Positions 56,618-64,000 of a stretch of DNA of 64,000 bases are shown piece by piece (within the stretch, counting starts at the first letter, position 1; each line of letters starts with the position of its first letter). Made by a program: the position numbers and the translations under genes. Source of the DNA: an uncultured Nitrososphaerales archaeon (GTDB taxonomy: Archaea; Thermoproteota; Nitrososphaeria; Nitrososphaerales; Nitrososphaeraceae); NCBI GenBank assembly GCA_963709405.1, contig CAVPXM010000020.1, positions 1 to 64,000 of the forward strand, read 5' to 3'. The notes under the pieces are model-generated. The model was not told the origin of the DNA. It saw nothing but the letters and a program-made list of their open reading frames with translations, and did not search any database.

Positions 56618-57357
56618 TTACTGTAAGCCAGCTGCTGTAATAGCGGGGGAACGTTTGATTATAAGGTCATGATACTCTGAAAAACGATCTTCAAGGTTTT
56701 CTGGTATCGACTTGTACAGACATAGTAAAGTGATAGGTTCTTCAAATTCTCTTATTGCGATATCGAATACGCTTTCAATCTCTACAGCATCCCCATATCT
56801 ACCCTGTTCTATTAATTTGGCCGGCAGAGTGGCAATCATATTCAACCCTTTTTTTGATTTCTCATATGCTAACTCTTCAATTCTACGCAAGTCTTTTGAC
56901 AATGGGTTCAATCGAAAAGCTACCATTATGAAAACTTTGATCAGCAGGAATTATCATTATATCCTGAGAGTTAAATAAAGAATTTATGTTTGGGAACTTG
57001 TCGAGTGACTGTAAGAATTTCTGCTCTTCCTTTCTATAAATAATCAATACATTGATCTCATTGCGATCAATTCCGCGCTTTATAAAGGCAGTAACAATCT
57101 CCTTAAATTGGATTTCATTGTTAAAGGTAAGAACTATGTGGTCGTGGTCCTTCATTTTCCAGAACTAAATCTTCCACCGATTCCATTTTATTGTAAAATG
57201 CCTCTTGCTAATCAAGAAATTCATTAATAACGCGTCTTAATCGCTCGGATTTGTTAGTCATACCCATACCTTTAGCTCTTGGTGTTTGCAAGAATTGATC
57301 AAGTCTCTTAATCAATAGCTTTGGAAGATGGACATAATACCAGTCCTTACGACCCAT
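56618..57357 (-). pseudogene. RHH-MEDS fusion regulator, disrupted
   Basis: MGRKDWYYVHLPKLLIKRLDQFL (RHH-like) from 57357, then DHIVLTF...FIKRGI and TLLCLY...HDLII (MEDS-like). Confidence 0.6.
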
Positions 57358-57806
57358 AGTGTTATAATTAAGAATTAGATCAGCTATTTTTAGTATTATA
57401 GTAAGATGGACTCACAATTTCCACAATTTCTTTTTCATGGTTTTGATCCGACTCCTGCTACGTGGTTACGTTGAATGCGCTTTTGACCTAGGTGTGTTTG
57501 TTTCTATTGATGGTTTTTGCTTTCATATTCTGGATGAGCGATAATCGCTCCATACTCATTAACCTGGTATAGTTCAAAAAATGCGATATCTGTCAAATCT
57601 ATCTTGGGGTATAGCCCTGACTTTGCTGATTCTAATATCTTGCTTCTGAGCCATTCCAAGTTGTTTCCATTTTGTATTTCAAAGATTACATTCTAGTACA
57701 GTCGATCAGTATTGCATTTTCGTAATCGTCCAAGATAAAAACTTGCTACGACTAGAACAATTTGAAGACAAATGAGCAACACAACAATAAAAAAGTACAA
57801 AAAAAC

Positions 57807-58906
57807 ATGTGGGAAACATTGAGCGTCATCGCTATTTTATTATCGGCGATTGCTCTTGTTTCATCATCCACACTACCAAGTGGAAGTAGTATAGACGTCA
57901 CTTGCGGCATCAACCAACAGTCATATTAATGATCAGACACGTGCATTACCACCTCAAACGTTAGTCCAAAATCTAACAAAGGCAAATGTGCCTGTAACAT
58001 TGCCTTTAACAAGAGGATATGTTAATGGTTTCGAAGTATTCTATATATCAACAGAAGCTTCAGATAAAGGGCTAGCTGATCACTTGACTAACTTTACTCA
58101 TTCAAGAGTATCGTATACACCAGCATTAGGAAATGCACCACCACAATCACTAGGAAATATCTATGTGTTTGCAAATGGCATTAAAGGCCCTGGTCCATTA
58201 GGCTTTCAAGCTAACGTAGCAGATTCTCAGCCAGGTGACCCAGGATATAGTCCCTTATGGAGAATTAATAATGTAGAGTGGAAACAAGGGGTTAGTCCAA
58301 GGGAGATAAAATCAGAAGCTGATATACTATCTGCACATAAGAATGGTGAATTAACTGTAACTCCGTCAAATACGGTAGTTAATTGTCCTTTCGTGCAGTG
58401 GCATGGCGGTTCATTGAAAGAAAGAGACTGACAAAACTTTAACTGATATGTCGGCTTATGGGGGAGGACAAGTTCTAAACATCGATACTAAGAAAATGCA
58501 GATCACGTTTGTAGGTCATAGAGGGTTTGCTCCTAATGGTTCAACAATCTATTACATAGCAACTGACGCATCTGTCAAGAAAGTAGCTGATGCATTAGGT
58601 GTGACATTTGTAAACAAGACCGGTGCAGCATTGTTATCTGGAGGATCATCTGATCTCTATGTGTTTACAAACGGAATCAAAGGAACTGGGCCTATGGGTT
58701 ATCAAGCAAGCATTGCAGCTGCAAATGTTGGTGATTCAACCTACAGTCCATTATGGAGAATACAGGCTACGACATGGAAGGATCCGTCACATGCAGAATT
58801 TCTGACTTCGTTGGCTCAGATTACATCTGCAGCCCAAGCTGGAAAGATAAGTACTAACATTGCTGGAGTAGTTATTAACTGTCCATTCGTTGATGTGCAT
58901 GTTTAG
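57807..58906 (+). CDS. Secreted protein with duplicated YSPLW/NCP domain (DUF7482-like), frameshifted
   Basis: Two repeats of YIxTxAS...YVFxNGIKG.GP.G.Q...YSPLWR...NCPFV. A signal-like MWETLSVIAILL starts at 57807. Confidence 0.75.
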
Positions 58907-59068
58907 AAGTAAACACAGAAAAGAAACTAGTCAGACGAGAGAAAGGAGTTTCATTTCTTCTTTTTTTATTTCACTTTTGATCCTATTATGAAAATTGACT
59001 ACCATATCATTCGATTTTCTGCAAAGTTTAAATGATTTTTTGCTGGTTAGAAGGCTCACCCTACACAT

Positions 59069-59605
59069 ATGGTCAGAGAAAATAAGAAGATTGCATTGAG
59101 GACTATAAGATTATCTAAGAAATTGGATGAGTTGCTTCAAAAAGATGCCAATTCAAAGAGGATTACTGTTGGCACACTGATATCCACGATTCTAACTAAA
59201 TATTCACAATGGGATAGATATACTGAAAAATTTGACATGATTACTCTAAGAAAGGAGAGCATAAAGGCAATTCTCGAGGCGACTGAAGATGAGGCTCTGA
59301 TTAGAAAGGCTCGTGAATTAGGAGCTAAGGTTCCCAGGGAATTTCTTATGTTCTGGTTCAAAAAAACGGATCTCGAATCATACCTTCAATATCTAGAATT
59401 ACTATGTAATTATGGAGGCTTTGCGCGCTATGAATTTGAAGCTGAAGGACCTGTATATATTATTACTCTTCTTCATAACATGGGCGAGAAATGGTCTATA
59501 TTCCTTAAGTATGTCATGGAAGAAGGTATATTGACTACTATTGGTAGCTTGCCCAAATTTGAGGTTAATAAAGGTTCACTAGTTATTAGGATTGGGATAT
59601 CTTGA
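59069..59605 (+). CDS. RHH regulator with thaumarchaeal output-type C-terminal domain
   Basis: RTIRLSKKLDELL...TLISTILTKY and HNMGEKWSIF. Confidence 0.75.
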   Translation: MVRENKKIALRTIRLSKKLDELLQKDANSKRITVGTLISTILTKYSQWDRYTEKFDMITLRKESIKAILEATEDEALIRKARELGAKVPREFLMFWFKKTDLESYLQYLELLCNYGGFARYEFEAEGPVYIITLLHNMGEKWSIFLKYVMEEGILTTIGSLPKFEVNKGSLVIRIGIS

Positions 59606-60773
59606 AGCCTCTCAAAATAAACCACACAGTAAGAGAAATTTTTTTCTAGCCAAATGTAGGTAGGACAATCATCATCATCTTCCTGAGATATTTCGCGATG
59701 GCATTGATAACAGTAGAATTCAGCATTGCATTTCCGTGTGGGACTGCAAATTTTGTAACGGTAGTGGGATCAATTCCATGTTCTGTGTTCTAGTCAATCT
59801 AGACATAAGATACTCTTCAAATAGTCGTTTGATAACTGACATTATTAGTTTCATCTTTATTTCGTTGATCGTACAGCAAATTGGGTTACCCACATTTCAT
59901 CTGCTCTCAGTATTTACCATCTGTTTCCCATATTGGTACGTGCTCATATCTTGCTGAGATCACATTGAATGCATGCAAACCATCTCTTACGAAAATATGA
60001 TTATCTTCACTATCAAATCTGTTATCAGCTGTAACTACAGATAATGGTAGAATTTGCGGTCATAGCATCAGTGTATCTGAGTTCTATCCACTATCCAATA
60101 ACGAATATTGCGAAAAATGTGATAAACGAGTCCATATATTCGGCCTTACAATAAGTCTAATAATAATTAGAAAGGCAATCATTAGCCAGATGGGAAGATC
60201 GTGAGTAGGAGAAAAGGTATACAACTGTTCACATCAAATGGTACTGCAGACGGTCCTATTACGGCCCTCATCCACACATGAGTGATCATATGTTTTTGCT
60301 ATTCTTTTTTCTTGACTTGCCAAAATAAACCATTAACCCTAAACAGATAAAACCAATGAATTCTGGGATTATAAACAACTTAAACCTATCATAAGGCGAG
60401 GCAGAATAATCCACTAAACTGGCAATAGGACCGCCAATTAACCCACCAAATAATCCCGCCATTATTGCAATAGTTATTATTCGCTCTTTTTTTCCATAAG
60501 TTCTTAAGAATCCTTTTACGCAAGTATACTTTTGCCTTTATGATTGTACTGAGTTATACTTTTCTGTTCTTCGAATAATAATTAAGTTAGTAACAATTAG
60601 TGAGGCTAACGTGAATAGCTTGCTCCTCAATTCCAAGGGATTTGAAACGGATCAAAGTCGAGTATGCCTGATTCTTGCTATATCACAAAGGGATTGGACA
60701 ATATTATAGGTAGGTACATAGCCGTATACACAGGACTGTAAGTACCAAAACTCACCTACATCCAAAAATTTCT

Positions 60774-61214
60774 TCAGTCAGCAGGAATTCTTATGGGGGT
60801 AATAAACGAATAGCTATTAGTGAGGCTGTCTCTACATTCCAAAGTGCCATCGTTGAGGATGATGCAATTTTCAGGCACTACTCTCATACTTGTGGGATTG
60901 CCCTTCATAAATTGCATAGCCTGTGATTGATTCATAACACCCATGTTCTTCATTCCCATTACTGAAATTTGCATTCGTGCCATATTCAATTGTTCCAATG
61001 CTGCACTCGCATTACCTGCTGACATTGCCTTATCTGCAGCCTTTAAATGCATTCTCGCAGATTCCATCATAACTGATGACATACTCGTGTTTGCGTTCTT
61101 CGGGCCATTCAGCTGAGCGATCGCAGGTGTCATTATTGCAGGCATAATGCTAGCCCCAAGAAACAATATTAGTGCGGAAAAACATATAGTAATTAGAGAC
61201 TGTTTTGTTCCCAT
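60774..61214 (-). CDS. Secreted Met-rich protein
   Basis: Signal peptide (AIAQ), numerous Met residues and a C-terminal Cys pair. Confidence 0.7.
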   Translation of the reverse strand: MGTKQSLITICFSALILFLGASIMPAIMTPAIAQLNGPKNANTSMSSVMMESARMHLKAADKAMSAGNASAALEQLNMARMQISVMGMKNMGVMNQSQAMQFMKGNPTSMRVVPENCIILNDGTLECRDSLTNSYSFITPIRIPAD

Positions 61215-61259
61215 GTCCAGTTGCCGTATTTATCTTATATAAGATTTCTAAGACTGGAC
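61215..61259 (-). promoter_or_regulatory. TATA box within a palindrome
   Basis: The perfect palindrome ATCTTATATAAGAT (61232-61245) lies about 25 bp upstream of ATG 61214 and is flanked by GTCCAGT/ACTGGAC. Confidence 0.55.
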
Positions 61260-61442
61260 TACGTGTTAGATCTCAACTCCAGGCTCGATTATAATTAAAT
61301 GTCCTTCAATGAGAATAAAATAATCCCGACTTTTTCGATCTTATGAGTCCTATCTACTATGTCAGGAATTCGAAATTGACTCTCATTCTCCTTGCTAAGA
61401 ATAGTGGTTACATGCTAAATGCAATCGACTATTTGACTAATC

Positions 61443-62218
61443 TTAGCTTTCATATGTTAAATTGTACGTGCTACGTTCTATAACAATTACGCCAACCAAA
61501 TAGAGTAAGATCATTGGTCCTGCAACAAACCACATTGTAATACCACTTCCATCTGGTGTCACAAATGCACCAAAGATAACAAGAATGATGATAACATATC
61601 GAAGATTCTTTCTCCAAAACTTTGGTTGGATAAATCCAGAAATCGTTAGTCCCCACATTAATAGAGGGAGCTGATAGGAAATTCCGAATGCAATAAGAAA
61701 CTGAAGTAGCAAAAGGGTACGAATTGAGATATATCTAGAAAGGTAGCGATGTCCATGAACTCTCCGTATTTGTATAAGAATTCGAGCACCAATGGTATTA
61801 CAACAAGATATGAAAACGAGCATCCTAAGCCGAAGAGTAATACAGAAAATAAAGTAATCCTTTTCATAAAGATCTTTTCACCCCGATAAAGGCCTGGTCC
61901 TATAAATGAAATGGTTTCTTTGGTGATCATGGGTATAGTCAGAATTAGTGCCAAAAGCGATGCAACATAAATCTGTGCAAAAAAGGCCTGACCTGGTGAT
62001 GTTTGGATAAGGGTAACGTTATTTGGAATAAGATCTTGTCGCAATAACGACATGGTTTGGATCGCAATATTGTCATATAGATCTGGATACAGGATTACGA
62101 TTTTGTATGGTCCATAATCAAGCATTTTGATACTAAATGTCGTAATAATTATAACCAATATAACTAAAATGATTGCAATTCTGATCACTCTCTTTCTAAG
62201 GTCTTGCAAGTATTGCAA
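61443..62218 (-). CDS. tatC: Twin-arginine translocase subunit TatC (one frameshift)
   Basis: LQDLRKRVIR, FIGPGLYRGEK, FGISYQLP and FVTPDGSGITMWFVAGPMILLY. Confidence 0.92.
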
Positions 62219-62289
62219 GTATGGTCGATTGTTATACAGGTGATACCACCAAAAAATTAATCCGACATAATGTTATTATCACTGTTGTT

Positions 62290-63966
62290 CTACGTAGCTA
62301 AAATATAATATCCGGTTGCTCCATTTGGAAAAGGATCACTGATCTGTGCTGTCTGAACTCTACCGGTTTTATCGGTGGCTCTAACTGATATATTGTAATT
62401 CGATTTGTTTCCTTTCAAATGCAATTTAGTGGCCCACAATACCCAGGTGTATTGTGAAAGTGGTTCTTTTAGCACAGTCGGCATCCATGACTTGCCACCA
62501 TCTATGCTTACCTCCACTTTCAATATGCCTCTATCTCCTGCAAAAGCCATACCACCAAAAGATACTCCTTCTGATCCTGGCAGAGTAGCATCAGATGATG
62601 ATTGAAGACCACTGAATCTTTTTCTAACTGCAGCATTTCCAGGGATCACTATAAATGAATGAGTATTATATTTTGCATTATTGGCCCAGCCTTTCCTCTG
62701 CCAATAACCCTGATATACCTTATCAACAAGTTCTATCTCAGTTATCCATTTGGGATTCATCATTCCATACAGTCCGGGGATAATGGCTCTAACAGGAAAG
62801 CCGTGTTCTGCCGTTAAAGATGCACCGTTCATTTCATATGCTAATATACTGCCGTTCAGCAACCCTCGATCAATTGGGATACCAACATCATATCCATCTG
62901 CACATCTGAATACAACATATTTGACTTCGGGCTTGACGCCTGCCATCTGAAGTATATCTTTCAAATGAACGCCTTTCCAGGCAGCTGTACTAATAAGATC
63001 TCCTCCTATCTTATTACTTACACATTCAAGAGTAGCGAATTGCTCTATTGGGGCAATCGATCTGATTTCTTGATAATTAAGTGTTAGAGGTTTATTTACC
63101 AGTCCTTTGACATTCAGACTCCAAGTCTGTGCATTCACTTCTGGTACCAGAGCATTCTTGTCTATCCTGTAAAACATGTCAGTTGGAGTTACTTCTGAAT
63201 CCAAGAGTGAAGCTAATTTTGGATCTTCAAATCCCTGTGGTTTGGTGGTGTTCTTCAGTTTTTGCTGGAATTGAGATAGTAGTAACGAAGTTGTGCTCTG
63301 AACTGCTCGTTGAGGGGAAAGAAGGCTTTCTAGTCCTAGATAAATTACAGGTATTGCAACTGCTGCGGCGATACCTGCACGAAGCATTTGTCTCTTGCTC
63401 TGATCTATCTGCTCTCCAGAATCAGGTTTACTAGCCTTAATTCTTTCCTTAGGAACCTCAATGACGGATTCAGGTGTTCGATTGTAAAGCACTGCATACA
63501 GTGTAAAGCCGAACGCAAGCTGTGGTATTATTAAATAGATAGCCAATGACGAGATCGATATTGATTGAGCCTGACCCTCTGTCAGGCCCAAGAGAGCAAT
63601 CGTTATTGCTAGGAATATAACAAAAGAAATTGCCGTACATAACAGGGAATTCTGTAGGTATCTTTCTGGAGTACGATTAGATCGTCTAGCAAAAAATATA
63701 GCTAAAAGTCCATAAACTATTAGATTGGCTATAATAGCGCCAATAAAAGCAGAGTATTTAGCAAGTGGCCCCAATGTTCCTACCGCCTGGGATTCGACTG
63801 ATCCAGGAGTAAGCGAAAATAGGGTCTGGGAAGCAATTTCTGGAACAAAAGGACCGCTTAATGCTAATCTTAGAATTAATGCTACAGCTATAGCAACAGC
63901 TCCAGTACAGAGTCCTACTATAAATAATAACTTGATGGAAAGATACTCTATTATGCAGTCACTGAC
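62290..63966 (-). CDS. Membrane-bound sulfite oxidase-family molybdopterin oxidoreductase
   Basis: LECVSN (Mo-Cys), HGFPVRAIIPGLYGMMNPKW, GYWQRKGW and VEVSIDGG. The frame is open to 63966; the start codon is uncertain. Confidence 0.92.
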   Translation of the reverse strand, partial: VSDCIIEYLSIKLLFIVGLCTGAVAIAVALILRLALSGPFVPEIASQTLFSLTPGSVESQAVGTLGPLAKYSAFIGAIIANLIVYGLLAIFFARRSNRTPERYLQNSLLCTAISFVIFLAITIALLGLTEGQAQSISISSLAIYLIIPQLAFGFTLYAVLYNRTPESVIEVPKERIKASKPDSGEQIDQSKRQMLRAGIAAAVAIPVIYLGLESLLSPQRAVQSTTSLLLSQFQQKLKNTTKPQGFEDPKLASLLDSEVTPTDMFYRIDKNALVPEVNAQTWSLNVKGLVNKPLTLNYQEIRSIAPIEQFATLECVSNKIGGDLISTAAWKGVHLKDILQMAGVKPEVKYVVFRCADGYDVGIPIDRGLLNGSILAYEMNGASLTAEHGFPVRAIIPGLYGMMNPKWITEIELVDKVYQGYWQRKGWANNAKYNTHSFIVIPGNAAVRKRFSGLQSSSDATLPGSEGVSFGGMAFAGDRGILKVEVSIDGGKSWMPTVLKEPLSQYTWVLWATKLHLKGNKSNYNISVRATDKTGRVQTAQISDPFPNGATGYYILAT

Positions 63967-64000
63967 CTACCTTAGTCAGCTAAGATTTAAGTTTTTTCCA

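Noticed and set aside
59606-60500. Possible genes between the RHH regulator and the Met-rich protein
   Set aside because: Only short broken frames without recognisable motifs.

Overview
Low-GC archaeal genomic DNA. The gene content (CdvB/ESCRT-III, tRNA-Ala, tandem TrmB/PLD-like sensor domain, MEDS and RHH regulators, cupredoxin, thaumarchaeal-type integrases) points to a soil ammonia-oxidising archaeon (Nitrososphaeraceae); the taxon is my inference. The window is mostly accessory DNA. It contains a decayed integrated element at the 3' end of tRNA-Ala(CGC), two more integrase relics, a triple nest of IS5/IS630 elements plus further IS630 copies, and many gene fragments abutting one another. 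Many otherwise intact genes are split by single indels, probably partly long-read errors. The most notable items are: (1) a truncated IS110 recombinase start preceded by a ~200-nt structured non-coding region resembling a bridge RNA (26357-26655, minus); (2) a 5-TM sulfite-oxidase-family protein with an internal Tat-like motif directly upstream of tatC; (3) a helically phased TGTTAACA array between the integrase/AbrB module and the tRNA. All family calls come from reading motifs by eye; no searches were run, and fragment boundaries are approximate.
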